From contig RSEE01000125.1 in the NCBI GenBank assembly GCA_003971905.1, positions 1 to 64,000 of the forward strand: DNA of 64,000 nucleotides, read 5' to 3'. The stretch is from Moniliella sp. 'wahieum'. Lineage: Eukaryota. A program made the translations under genes and the position numbers. Positions within the stretch are counted from its first letter, which is position 1, and every line of letters starts with the position of its first letter. Shown one piece after another: positions 26,277-39,149 of the stretch. The notes below the pieces were generated by a model that did no database searches, was not told the origin of the DNA, and saw only the letters and a list, made by a program, of their open reading frames with translations.

Positions 26277-26457
26277 TGTCATAGTTTGGCTGATCTCGCT
26301 CCCATTTCCAATTTCTTCGTCTCGAGCATCTCGCTCCTTCCCTGTTCCTTCCACTTCGCACCATGTCCTCTGTTCTTGCTTCTTCCCCACGAACGACTGC
26401 TACACCCCTTGGCCTAGTCTGATCCTGGTCTCCCTCGCCTTAGCCCCGACTGTGACA
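26277..26457. mobile_element. Solo LTR, copy 2 of 3, with a perfect 5-bp target site duplication
   Basis: Begins TGTCATAG and ends CTGTGACA (TG..CA inverted termini). Flanked by TAGTC at 26272-26276 and 26458-26462. Confidence 0.9.
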
Positions 26458-26899
26458 TAGTCGATTCATTATACTCACGAAGTCTTGCTTCCCAAAGCTA
26501 CTATGCACCAGGCACACAAGAGAGCTAAAAAGGGCCCGACGTATAGTTTAGCACGTTTAAACCTCTTCCACTTGAAGCATCTTCGCCAGATTAGCCCTAC
26601 TATCACCTCTTTCTTACTGAAGGAGGAGAATGCAGGAGAAATAGCACATGAAGGAGAAGCATACCAATGCCAAGCGGGTCGGACTCCATTACTTCCCCTG
26701 CGAAAGTAACCACCTTTTTTAACGAATGATGATATGGCTTGAGGAAATTCTTACCGTGAGGGAAGCTCGCAGTCAGCCTCTCTCCATCTGTTGATCACCA
26801 GTGGTCTAGAGCCCATCGACCTTCAGTGACACGCAGCCCGATGCACATAGTGCAGGGGGGCAGTGAGCTTCGGACGTTCCATGAGCTTCCACTGGCCTC

Positions 26900-29800
26900 C
26901 AACCCAGGAGCCTATCGAAGCCCATAGCTCTAGCTCTCCTTGGCTCTTGAATGCCATCTTCATCCCTCATCGCCAGCATCGCTAGCTAGGCCTGTGACAC
27001 CATCTCGAGTCTTATTTTCTCCATCAGCATACCTTTTCGAGATACTGCCATGCATGGCTTGACTGTTTTGATCCCTCTATTCCAAAAGTTCTCTGCCTCG
27101 CTCCTAACTGAGAGACTTACTCTGTTTTTTCCGTCTCTCTCCATGTCTCCTCTCTGCTCTAGTAGCTTCTCCTTTACGCACGATTGATCCACCCTCCACA
27201 CTCGGGTCTCGGCTCTGGTCCCATTAGCCTTGGCCTCCACCGGCTGCGATATTATCGGTCGTCATAATACCATTAGACCAGAGATGTCTGCGACCCCCAG
27301 GCCCCTCGATCCATTGGGTGCACAACCCTAGCGCGCCGTACGCCAGCACGCGTATTTCGGTCCCCTGCGACCCCCTTCCAATCTTTTGTTCGAGCTCCTG
27401 CCCAACCTTCCGTTCGACACTAGCCGACGCTCCGTTCGATGACGATGGAAAGAGTGGTACCTCCCAACTAACATCTCTGTGACCTCGCGGGGCGCTCCGT
27501 CCTTTTACTAGCGCGCACCTGCGGTTCCTATACGGGCCTGCCGCCGAGGTGGCGGGCTTGGGCCTTGCGGTCGCCCAGCGCCAGGTCGAAGAAGCCTGCA
27601 GAGCTGCCGGAACCTCATCAGAATTCGGGTCCGCCTTTATGCCTAGGAGGACCAGCACTGCGCGTTCCGGACGGATCAGGACACCAAGCACCATAATCGT
27701 CGCCTCCGCTATGACAGAAGGAGAGGTGGATAAAAAGGCTCGGCTGACCATTTTCGCAGATGAGATCTAGAGTGGCATCCCGATTGCCTGTGGCCCTCAC
27801 ATCCATCATATGGGCGACGTGGCCCGGATTGACAACTTCATGGACTTCTGTTGCAGAACGAGGTTTTCCCTTGAGTCCAACAGTTCGGCTCGCACTGCGC
27901 GGGTGAAGGCGCCAACCAGGCCCACACGCCAGTATTGACCTGGGTTTCTCTGCCATTCACCGGACGCGTACATCGCGGCCAAGCATCAGCTTCGCCTCTC
28001 TCCTCCCGAGCCCGATCCCAGGCCCATACATCTCAACTCAGCTACCTTCTACGTCGAAGCGGCTCGACCCGCACCAAGCGTCCGTGTTCAAGATGAGTGC
28101 TTTTACACTAGTCGGCTCCGCGAACACCTCTTTGCCAAGTACTCCGCCTTCACCTCGCCTCGTCGCCTACATTATCCCGGCTTTGATGCTGTTTGAGCCG
28201 GCCGTGGTGTCCTACTGCTCGTCGCCCCTCGCGGTCTTTCGCGGTAGTCGTCCACATGCATACTAGCTCCACCTTGCCGTCTCTGCAGTATCCCTCAGGA
28301 TCCTGTGGGCACTGTCTTTTTGATCAAGCTAGGGTCTAGCAGCGTTCGAATGGACCATGGCTTTGACTTGGGTTCACAAATGCTGGCGTCGCACTTTTGG
28401 TTGTGAAAGTGGTCAATGGACGCAGCATGGCGTCGCGTCTGGTGACCCAGCAGGCGTTGGAGGCGTCCATAGCGGTCGATTCCCAAGTCTCGGTGGGATT
28501 TATCCTCGTCTCCCTTCACCATCTCTTACTTCATTTCCGAGTTCCCCCCTTTCTTGAAGACGACGGCAACCCCAGTACCGCCTATCCTTATATTGATAGT
28601 GCACGGCGCAAGGCCCAATGTCCCAGCTAGGTCTCTCTCGTGCCTGCTCCCCCGATCCCTCCACCTCCTTCGCTCCCTTCCTCCTCTGCGCCCCGCCGGC
28701 TCGTGGTATGAATTTTTGCCTCCCAGTCTCTTCCTCCACCCTCGGGCCCGAGCTCTTCCCTGCTTCTGCTGCGACGTGGGGGTCATAGCTTGCCTAGGCT
28801 GGTGCTATGTTGGCTCAGGGGTAAATTAGGCGGGTTCATACCATCATCGCCCGCGCTGCGCCTGCGTCCGCCTTTCCCGCTCCCCTTCTCTGCAATTGGT
28901 GTCCTGTCTCTCCACCCCGGTTCCGCTCTTCGGTTCTCTGGCAACCTCGACCCCGCTCACTGCGGCCAGTAGACTGGCCAACACCTCTCCTGTTGACTGC
29001 ATTGGAGAGTTCCCTGTTCCATCGCACAACAGGCTTTACGAGTGAAGCGTCACTCTCTCACTCCCCCACCCCGCTCCCTCCGCTTTCTCCCTATCATGTC
29101 TTCGGCCTCCGGAAGCTCCAGCGCGGGCTGGTGCAGTTTTCTATCGCTAACCTTACGGCGGCGCTGGTCCCGAAGGGTCTCGCTGTCTCCTCCCCCACGA
29201 ACTGGACCTCGCTCGTCACCCAAGTGATGGTCCAGGACTTCGCAGCCATTCAACTCCCTCCTGACATCTCTTGGAAATCCTACGGGATCATGCCCGGGTT
29301 CTGGGGTGCAATGTACCCGCTCCCACCGATCGGGCTTCCCCCGCCACGCGCCTGGATACCGAGAACTTGACCTGGATGTGGTTAAACGATTTCAAGAGGC
29401 TGATGCGGACAGACCCTCAGTTGATTGAGACTTGCGCGCAAGCGGTTAACAAAAGGCAATGCTGCCCAAGGCGCCTCTCCGACCATCATTCACCTTACGG
29501 TCTGGGAACACCATCTCATCCTTGGCACGGGCACTTTGGGCGACTATCGAACACCCAGAAGATATCTGGCCGACGCTGCGGATAACTGCGATCCTGCACC
29601 GGACCAACATCCTTTTGGGAAAGAGGCAGTTTGAGCTGAGTCTCCTTGGAGGCAAAAAACGAGTTTGGCTAACTTATGTGCTTGGGAAATGACTCCTCCC
29701 TATATAGCGGAGGAGGCTAAGGCCTAAGGACTGTTGGCCCTTCGTCGCGCCTCCTCTCATCTGGACAAGCAGTTCCCCCACCCAGCAGCCCTCCCCCCCC

Positions 29801-30100
29801 GCCTTCCCTCTCGTCCTCATGTGGCGTTCCCTCTTCATCCTCGAGGTTTTTCTAAACAAGCTTTGGCGGGGGGGGCTGTTGTGAGGTGGGTGTGATAGCT
29901 TACCTAGTAGTGGGCTGTGGCGCCATGGCTCAGGGGCACTAGGCCAGTTCATACCATAGCTGGCGCCCCCTTTCCTGTCCTCTCCTTCTCCGTAATTGGC
30001 AGTGTCTATCCACCACCGCCCTGCTCCTCGCTTCACTAGTCACTAGTCACTAGTCACTCGTAACCGGTATAACCTCTTTCCCGCTCAGCGCTCATGCCAT
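26900..30100 (+). mobile_element. Degenerate L1/Tx1-like LINE remnants, apparently two tandem 3' portions
   Basis: Fragments TLGSRLWSH, AGLGL and GCESGQWTQH (zf-RVT-like). A ~200-bp segment is repeated at ~28780-28965 and ~29890-30098 (atagctt.cctag..ggctcagggg..gttcataccat..aattgg). Many stops. Confidence 0.45.
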
Positions 30101-31379
30101 GGCATATTTTGACTATAGTAGTCACCTCCCCTGTAGACTGCGGCGAGGTCGGAGAGTGCCCTGTGATCCCCGGCACGAAACGGCACGAATCGAAGACAAC
30201 CTGTTCTCGAAACTGGAGTATTCTTCCAAATTGGAGAGGTGACAGGGAGGAACCCAATGCTACATGCTACAGTGGATTTGGCCTACCCCGCCGAACACGA
30301 GTTGGTCACCATCTCGTTAGTCGTCGCCGTCGCCGGCGGTCCCGCCTTCATGTTTCCCACTACGAGTTAACGTACCCCAGTACTTCGAGCACCTCAGGGG
30401 CTCCCCTATGCCACTCTCTTTCCCCGGCGAAAATTAGGGGCCACTCCGCTCCTCGTCCATCCTACCGCCGACGATCACATGTCACATGCTACATGTTACA
30501 TGTCACACGCCATTGGCCTATAGTCCCCAACGTCACATCGCCCACTTTTACTCACCCTTAGGCCTTGCCTCTTGTCCAAAATGGCTCGGAGGAGAATATA
30601 GCTTCGGTGTGTATCATAAGAAGGACGGCTTGCGGTGTGCCTCCCTATCACACCCTCGGCTCGGTTAGAACCAAGAACCGTTGCACTTTGAGCTTTAAGC
30701 TTTAAGCTTTACTCTAACCTCTCTTGGGGATCTGCATTGTCGCCAAGTCCGATATCATATATCAGTGGAGCTTATCGCTTGTCCTGTTTTCTCGGTCAAG
30801 AATAAGGCGAAAGGCTGATGTCCAGTACGTCTCGGGGGCGTCGAAGCAGGCCACAAGAACGTAGCAAGAAACGAAAATGCCAACTCAGCACCTGTACCAT
30901 CATGCATGCATCAGCGCCGCCAAGAAAGCTGCGTTGTGGACAAGTTCAACGAGAGGCAACGCACGACGCTTTTGCCCTCCGGCTCGTTGCTTGATAGTAG
31001 ATGACAATGAGTTGAACGCACACATGAGCGTGCACTTTTGGGACGTTTAGAGCTTTTTCTGTCACCATCTTTCCTATATCTTAGAGTATAGGTGGGGGGG
31101 GGGGGGCATTTCCTGAAGATGAGGATCAGGAAAAGGCGCACAGTCCCTACAAAAAAGAATGGCCATACTATGTGATGTCGGTCGGTTTCGGTCCCAGGGA
31201 CGGTTCTCCACCAAGAGAACCACTCTGTATGATAGTGTTTTGCGCCATGGAAGCAGAGCACTCTGTTCGACAGACAATCTTCAACTATATAAGGGGCCAA
31301 ATCGACGGTTGTAATGAACGGAAACGAAGTTAAGAGAGTAGAGCGAAGAACTTAGCGGTGGAAGGAGAACAGGGAAACG

Positions 31380-31540
31380 ATGACATGGGAAGAAGAGAGA
31401 GAGAAGGAAAAAGGAATTGCGCCCGCGCCAGGCGGAGAGGAGGCTGAGTGGCCCCGGGGGTGTGTATGGCGCCCGCTAGGTAAGCTACATCCCTTCCATA
31501 GCACAACATATCGCCACTTACCCCCCCCCCCCGCCGAATC
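31380..31540 (-). repeat. Inverted, more diverged third copy of the 28780/29890 dispersed repeat
   Basis: Reverse complement reads ggcggggggg...tagcttacctag.gggcgccat...ggggccact followed by a pyrimidine tract, matching 29865-29990. Confidence 0.5.
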
Positions 31541-32466
31541 CCCAAACCGACATGTAAGCGCTCATCCCATATACTATAGGACGCTCGCCGTATCAACTCT
31601 GACTTCCCAATCAAAACCCGGTTTATATGGAGTTGCAGCCTTCCTCCTGCGTTTCAAGTACACCTTCTACTATAGTGGGACTGTACTGAGGCCAAACTTT
31701 CGTCATTTACCTCTTTCCATAATGCAGTTGGCGTGGTCCAATGGATGTATACTCGAGGTTAGCGTTTTGCTTTGTAACGAGCTTGGGCGGATCCGGAGGG
31801 TTGTGGATCCCCGAATAAGAGGGATGACCATACCTTGACAGAGCCCACTTCTTCGTCCCTCAGTGGGAAGGTGCGGCTGCTCGCCCTACTTGTACATTGT
31901 GCATCACGTGCGCGTACCGGGGCCATCGATGCTTCTAGATTGCATCGCGCTCACAATCTATTTAGCTGGCACGGAAAGGGGAAAACCGATGATAGGAGGA
32001 GGGAGAACTAATATAGGCGTGAGGAACTCGATCAAAAAGGTCCACGACACAGATCATCAATCTTGAACAGAGAAACACTGCGATCGAATACAACACACAT
32101 TGCGGCCAGGAAACAAGATAGGGTTCTTACGCAAACGAAAGTCATTGTACGAATAGAAAGGAGGAACAGAGGAGGTAAGAAACCGAACCGGATCGACTAT
32201 AAGTACACAAGGGTAAAGGAAATCAACTGGTGTGGGGGGGGGGGGGGGGGATAGGAGAACGTAGAAGTATATATTAGGAGTAGCATCTCTCGACACAGGC
32301 TCGGAGCGAAATGGCAAAAAGCTCAGCATCAGCTCCAGGATCAAACACCCTGCTACCCAGACGTCGAGCGGAGCCGCGAGCAATAAGGTTGTGCCATGGT
32401 AACATGAACAGCCGAAAGCAGAGGGCACTTGGTGGTCGTGGAAGACCAACAACCAATCAACACATC

Positions 32467-32649
32467 TGTCATAGTTTGGCTGGTCTCTTGCTCCCAGGTC
32501 CAATTTCTTCGTCCGAGCGTCTCGCTCTTTCCTGTTTTCTTCTCCACTTCGCACCATGCCATCTGTTCTTGCTTCCTCCCACGACGATTGCTACATCCCT
32601 TGGCCTAGTCTCGACTCTGGTCTCCCTCGCCTGAGCCCCGACTGTGACA
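32467..32649. mobile_element. Solo LTR, copy 3 of 3
   Basis: TGTCATAGTTTGGCTG...CCCCGACTGTGACA, colinear with copy 2. Flanks ACATC / (A)TATC look like a degenerate target site duplication. Confidence 0.85.
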
Positions 32650-34077
32650 TATCGACGGCCGCTGTAAAAGCACGGGTTGGGTAGCCGGTAAGTTTGCCGT
32701 TTAAGCACATGGCCCATGTGGCAAGCATGGCCCCGAGGCACAGCGGAAGTCCAGTCCCTGCCTGCTGTCTTGCTAACGAAGCACCCAGACATACCATGCA
32801 GGACAGCTTTAAAGACACTGAGCGGGCGCGCCACCCAGAGTGCGCACCAGGGGGCACCGTCACATATCACACTGGCTACCACCGGAGAGACAGAAGGGCA
32901 GTGTGTCATACGTGAAGCTTGAAGACGGGGCCCCGCGAGTGGCATCACAGACACCTGCGGCAGGGTCTGCTCGATGGTACGTGTTGAAGCACGGGGGCAG
33001 CGTTACAGCCGGTTGTAGCCTGCAGGGAGCTCGCCGAATACCCTCACTGGTACTGCCTCCGTACCACAAGGGCTGCTTCGGCCGTAGCTGCTTGAACTTC
33101 TCCCCTCTCCCCTTTTAGCGGGCCCTTTCATCATTCTTATACGTCCCTTTCTCATTCCTAGCGCAGCAGCGATATATCCCAGAGTCTGGTTCAAGCAGCC
33201 AGCGATAGGCTGTTTAACTATATCTCTCGACCGCGCCTTCCTTGCCGTCCAAGAATACTCTGTTTTCCTCTTTCGAGACCATAAAATTCACGGTCGTCAA
33301 AGCTCTCATTCAGTATCCAGACTCTTATGGATCACTCTGCTTTGGGATTCCACAAGGCTTCAGTTGTGGCACAACGGAAGCGCCCGTCAGACCCTCTCGT
33401 TGGCTTTTGCGTCAACTTACCATCAGGCACCCCTCTAGGACAGGGATATAATGATTTTTCCCCGAAGAACGGACCCTGCACAATGTTGCTACGAGATATA
33501 CCCGAGGAGAGGCCCCGAGATCGAGGATAACCTACCTCGTATGTATAGCTGTTTCCCGATTTCCCAACAACGCTTAGACTCTCTTCATTGAACCGTGAAG
33601 AGTAGCTCGTCCTCCTCTTGCAAAGGGAATCAAATACTCTGGAAACTATATGGACGGACCCCGCACTGGTGAGCCATGACAACGGTCTTTCATATGGATC
33701 TGCCTTTCCTTCTCTCTCTGTTTATTTTTTACGCTTCCCATCATATTCTCGTTGATTTTGGCCCTACCTGGTCCTTCCGCACCGAGATCTACGCGGCCGA
33801 TGCGGCGTTTGAAACAGTAGTGCAGCGAAGACACATGAGATCCGGCCAATCCGATGGTATTATGCGCGAAACCAGACGGGTTCCTATTTGGTGTGCTCGA
33901 CCGTTTGGGGTCCCAGCCAAACCCATCCACTTGGACGGGGTTCTCTGCTAGCATTCGTGGGTACGGAGGAAGTAGCGTTCTATCAAGCAGGACGAGGGCT
34001 GATGCATTGATGGTAATGCATACGGGGCTTTCGGCCGACCGCGACGCGTGATAGATGATCATACGCGTTCCATTTGG

Positions 34078-35424
34078 TCAGGAGAAACGCATTGAATCAC
34101 GTTCGCCTTGGTCTTGGTTGCCCGTCACTTCTCGGCCCCGAGCAGGGGAATCAAGAGTGTCCAACCAATGGTGGAAGAGGTAGCGCTTGATATCTGCCAT
34201 GGTACGTGCCCGGCCGGTGCCGTCCAAGAGCGGCAGACCAGCATGGGTGGAGGGCCGGGTGAGCCGCTGATACTGTGCCGGCGACAAGGGCAATTGAGTA
34301 CGCCCGTGCTGGATCCAAGTTTCGACCTGGTGAAGCGGAATGCTGTATCCGACGCGCGGGTGGAAGGAGAGGTAGTGGTGAGGTTTCTTGAGTCGATCCG
34401 ATACTACAGGTCTGAGGAAAACACGTGCAGGTGAAGTGTGCGCATCGAGGGACACTGTGGTACGCCAGTGGATCGGCCAGCTTCGACCTGCCCGGCCTGG
34501 GCCAAGCGAAACAGCGCATCCCGTTCCGGCCTGCAGTGCTTCCGCCGTGCGCAACAAGTCCCATCCGTCCGTGGGGCTGGCGTCCCGTGTTGCCTGGGGC
34601 ATGTGCGCCTCGATCAAACGCTGGACCTGGCCGGGACAAGTGTCAGTGCTGCTCCATCAACGCAACCATATCCGCCTCCCATAGACGATGGGTCATGGGG
34701 ACGGGAACACACTTGCGAACCCAACTCGTCTCATCGGAAAGAGGGAGGACATACTGCCATCGCGGTTGCCCGCACTTTGCTCACCACCTCCCCCGCCCAG
34801 GGGGACGGAAGGAGGTGGAAAGCTGATCCAGCGTGGTCGCATCGAGGCTCGTACCGTCCGGCAGCGGGAATGGCAGACGGGGCAGGACCAATACGTGGTA
34901 CTTGGCCTTGGGGTACGCGTCCATCACCGCCATCGTCCAGCGATCCACCAACAAACACAAGCGCCCATCTGGCAGCAGGCCAGGACAGGCGGGGGGCGCA
35001 AGAGCGTAGCGGGTCAGCGCATGGTCCCAGCTGTCGGATACCTTATCGGATCCCGTGGCGGATCGCTTATCGTACTTGGCCCGACGTTGCGCCCGAGGAG
35101 GCGGCCGCGAGGAGGGTGCTTGAGCCTGGCTCGGCGCCTGTCGGCCGCTCTGCTCTGCCCCACCACCAGGCGGCGTGCTGCGCGCCGACACCCACCGATC
35201 CAGCGTCTGCTGCCGGCCCAAACTCCGGGACTCAGGCCCGACTGGTGGATCTGCCCTCGAAGCCACCAGACCAGGGGACGAAGTGGCGGGCGCTGGCTCG
35301 GCACAGGATGTACCCCGCTCGGCTCGGCCGGACGCCGGGGGCTGTCCCTCCCACGCGCCGGGTGAGGGCCAGCGGGGGGGGATGGCGTGGCAGCGGATGG
35401 CGTGGCAGCGGATGGCGGCGCCAT
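34078..35424 (-). CDS. HNT3: Aprataxin (HIT-family DNA 5'-deadenylase), frameshifted in the assembly
   Basis: SWDHALTRYA, DAYPKAKYHVLVLPR, a HIT-like motif near 34430-34450, and VSDRLKKPHHYLSFHP, all characteristic of fungal Hnt3/aprataxin. Confidence 0.85.
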
Positions 35425-35678
35425 GTCGGCCCAAAGGTGGAGGGAGGCCTCAGATGCCAAGGTTCAATGGAGGAAGTACGTGGTCGGGGCGGTGCAGCAG
35501 ACGCGATCGCTGCTGCTGGGCAGTGAGTGCACTAAAAACCCCCCGCGGGCCCATGCGAGCACCACGTGATCGCCGGTGCTAATAAGCGCGCATTGGTTGG
35601 TTTACTTTTTTTCCTCCGTTTGGTTGGCTTTTGCTTGCGGCCACCTCCGTCAGAGGATCTGGGCACCACCATCCGCAC

Positions 35679-36865
35679 ATGTGCGTTGCGTGCGCTGAAG
35701 AGCCGCAGCGTACGACGCGTTCTGCCCTGCCCGCCCCATCTGCCGACGAGGTGATGCGGGCACGCATTGCGTCGCTGCAGACCTGGTGCGCATGTGAGGG
35801 GTACCTGTTGGATCCGCGCGCTGAGATTTGCGTCGAGCGAGGCCGGTGGGGCGTGGGGCTGCGCGCCAACACGCAGGTTGCCGAGGGGGAGATTGTGGCT
35901 GCCTTTCCTCAAGCCTCGTTTCTTTCTTTCGGCACTGTCGGACCTCCTGCCGAGCTTCTCTGTGCCGAGACACGGATGGGACCGACGCTTGAACTGGCGC
36001 TTTGTCTGTTGTGGGAGTCTTTGCAGGGCCCGCGTTCGCGCTGGCGGGCTTACCTCTACTCTCTGCCGGAACCCGTGGTGCTGCCGCCGCTGTGGCCCTG
36101 GACGGAGCCCGAGCTGGCTACGACGAGGCAGCGTCATTGGATGCATCTGCTGCGGCGCACGACGGTGGGTGCGCGATGCGTGTCCCGCGCCCGGGCCGCG
36201 CAGCACGACCGGTGGAGCGGGATGGGCGAGGACAAGATGTTGGCGTATGGTACGTTGGATGCGGTCTTGACTCCGGACCGGATTGCGTTTCTGCAACGCT
36301 GCTTTCCCTTTGCGCGCGCTGCCAGTCCAAGCCAGCACGGGGACCAGCCGAACCCAGCTGGGGGCGCACGGCCGTTGCGGGACCTGCATGCGGCGCCGCC
36401 GTCGTGTCGCGCTGGTTGGCGGGACGCGTTGGGGCGGTGCTGCTCGGTGGTAAGTTCGCGTGCGTTTGTGCTGGACGAGCAGATGGGGCTGGCGCTGTGC
36501 CCGCTGGCGGACGTGTTCAACCACGCCGGGGACAGAATGGGGTGCAGCTGGAGGTAGGCGAGGATGGGATGGCTGTGATGCGCGCCGTGGGCCGGCTGGG
36601 GCCGGGGGAGGTGTACAATACGTATGGCGCGCTGGATCGGGCGGAGCTGCTGTGTCGGTATGGGTTTGTGCCCGGCCTGGTCGGGTATGCCGGGTCGGAT
36701 TCCGAGGGGGATTCCGAGGGGGATTCCGAGGGGGATTCCGGGGGGGATTCCGAGGGCGACGCGGAGGGCGATGGGGCGGAGGAGGAGGTGGAGGGGGCGG
36801 CGGCGGCGCTAGAGGCAGCGGTCAAGGCGTATCTGGCGGGCGGGGTTGCTGGGGTAAACGAATAG
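35679..36865 (+). CDS. SET-domain non-histone lysine methyltransferase (SETD6/Rkm-like)
   Basis: GRWGVGLRA, GPRSRWRAYLYSLP, VSSRAF, LCPLADVFNH and EVYNTYG..ELLCRYGFV, with an acidic DSEG-repeat tail. One frameshift near 36540. Confidence 0.85.
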
Positions 36866-37174
36866 CAGGCTGTAACACATGCCGGCCTGGCGGCGGGGGA
36901 TGCTTTCTACAGATATGCGCTGCCGTCGGACTACAACACCACGCGAACAAGCAAGAGCATTGCGAGTGTGCAACGGCCGACACAGGCGAGTACTGGACAC
37001 GGGGTACCGCGTACACACGCTGCTCGTCGCGTGTGGCGCGGCGGAACGCACCCGCAGCCTGGGGCGGAATTCCGCCTGGGCCAGGCAGGGCGCCCGAGCA
37101 TTTTTGCGTCGCCTGGCCTGGCGTGGCCTGGGCGAGCCGCAGCGTCCCCGCTCCACCCCGCCACTGCTGCTGCG

Positions 37175-38839
37175 ATGAGCGCCTCGCCAGTGCGCACCGA
37201 AGCGGCAGAGCGCGAACGGCAATTAGCCGAGACGCTGCGTGCGCGCCGTCGTCGCTCTTCCGCCGCCGAGCCACCGCCCACCGACCCTCGGTTGCGCGAA
37301 CGCTCGCCCCACCCTCCACAGCGACGCGACCGGGACCATGTGCATGAGTATGAGCATGAGCAGGAGCAGGAGCAGAGCAGAGCTTGACAGGGAACGAACT
37401 CGCGACCGCAACCCCGACCACACTCGAAAGCGAGACCACATGCGGGACCGTGAAAAGGACAGGGACAAGGAAAGCGACCGCGACCGCGACCGCGAACGAG
37501 ACCGTGACCGCGACCGTGACCGCGAACGCGACCGCGAACGTGATGGGAACCGGGACTGGGATGCTCGTCGGCGCGGACGGAACGAGCGGGAGAGTCGGGC
37601 GTCGCGTGACTATCGTGACCGTGACCGCGAACGTGACCGGGAGCGTGACCGGGGTACGAGGGGGAGAAGGAGCGGGAGCGGGCGCGGGAGAGGAGAGTGC
37701 GTGCCGAGCCCGTTGCGCAGTGGCGTCCGCAGCACATTTACCAACATGAGCCGGACCAGGACACGTTGGACCGTACGGTGTTTGTTGCGTCGCTGAGCCA
37801 GACCGTGTCGACGCACACGTTGGGCCAGTTTATGGCGCTCAACCTGGGCATGGAGGAGGTGGTGGATGCGCACATTGTCATGGACAAGGTCACGCGCCGT
37901 CCCAAGGGCGTGGGGTACGTTACGCTCGCCACGCGGCAGGGAGCACACGTGCGCTGCAGCTCACTGGCCATGTATTGTACGGCATTCCGGTGCAGGTGTC
38001 GCCTGTTTCGTTCCTTCCCTCCCACGCGAGTGGGGAGGCTGCTGGCGCAGGCGCCGGAGGCGGAGGGCGGAGGCGGTGCCGGCGTCGGGGCCGGCTCGAC
38101 GGGCGGGGAGAACCCCGAGGCACGGCTGTATGTGGGCAGTTTGAACTTCAACCTGGATGCGCCGGCGGTCAAATCTGTCTTTTCCCGCTTTTGGACCGGT
38201 GGAGTATGTGGACCTGCACCGGGAAGTGACGGGCAAGTCCAAAGGGTTTGCCTTTGTGCAATTTGTCGAGCCGGCAGACGCCCAAGCCGCCCGCCAGCGC
38301 CTCAATGGCGTCGAGATTATGGGACGGCCGATCCGGGTGGGGCACGTCAAGCCCCGAGCCATGGCCAGTTCCGCTCCCGTCTCGCGCCCAGGCCCAGCCG
38401 ACAGCATGGAACCCACCGCGCCTTCCTACCTGGACGAAGGGGTGGCGGGCGTGGACGCCGATGCACGTGCGACGTTAATGCAGACCTCATGTACCGCGGT
38501 ACGGCGCGTCAGCCGGCCGCCGCTGCCGTGCAGGCCATCCCGCCGCCGCCACCGTCGACGGCGGTCAAGCTGGCCAACATGTTTGATCCGGCCGAGGAGA
38601 GCGATCCGCACTGGGCGCGCGACATGGCGAGCGAGGTGGAGGAAGAGTGTGCGGCGCAGTACGGGCCCGTGGCGCGCATCTGGCTCGACGAGCAATCCCA
38701 GGGCGACATTTACGTGCGTTTCCGCGACCCGGGCGCGGCGCAGCGCGCGGTACAGGCACTGCATGGGCGCCACTTCAACGGCCGCGCCATCCAGGCCCAC
38801 TCCATCCCGGAAGCCATCTTTGCGGCCAAGGTGGCGTAG
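37175..38839 (+). CDS. RBM39/CAPER (Rsd1/PAD-1)-like splicing factor: RD/RE-rich N-terminus, two RRMs and a C-terminal UHM
   Basis: RTVFVASL..VVDAHIVMDKVTRRPKGVGYV; RLYVGSLNFNL..FGPVEYVDLH..KSKGFAFVQF; LANMFDPAEE..EVEEEC..YG.V..GDIYVRF..LHGRHFNGRAI. Confidence 0.9.
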
Positions 38840-39149
38840 CGCTGGGCATGTGGCCGCACCGAGCGACAAAATGGAGAGATGCGATGTGCTTGCAGTTGGT
38901 TTGGCGGCACAGCTGCTCGTATAGGTCTCGTATCCGTTAGCGTCTGAATAGAATTGGGAATGGGGAATCAAAAACGTGGATTGGATTAATTACGGTGTTC
39001 CTGGACCTCCACCAAGCGGCCCCAAAAAATCCTGCAAATTATATAAGCCCTCGTCCTCTGCGGTCTGTCGGCGCGAAGATTTTGAGCCCCACCGCCACCG
39101 CCACTGCGACTGCCGCCGCGACCGCCGCTTCCTGTCTGCTGGCCTGCGC

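Noticed and set aside
26277..32649. One full-length LTR retrotransposon bounded by LTR copies 2 and 3
   Set aside because: Copy 2 has its own 5-bp duplication on both sides, and the interior resembles LINE debris rather than gag-pol.
31600..33950. Minus-strand LINE remnant upstream of the inverted repeat copy
   Set aside because: Plausible from position, but only vague peptide hints were seen and no diagnostic RT or endonuclease motif.
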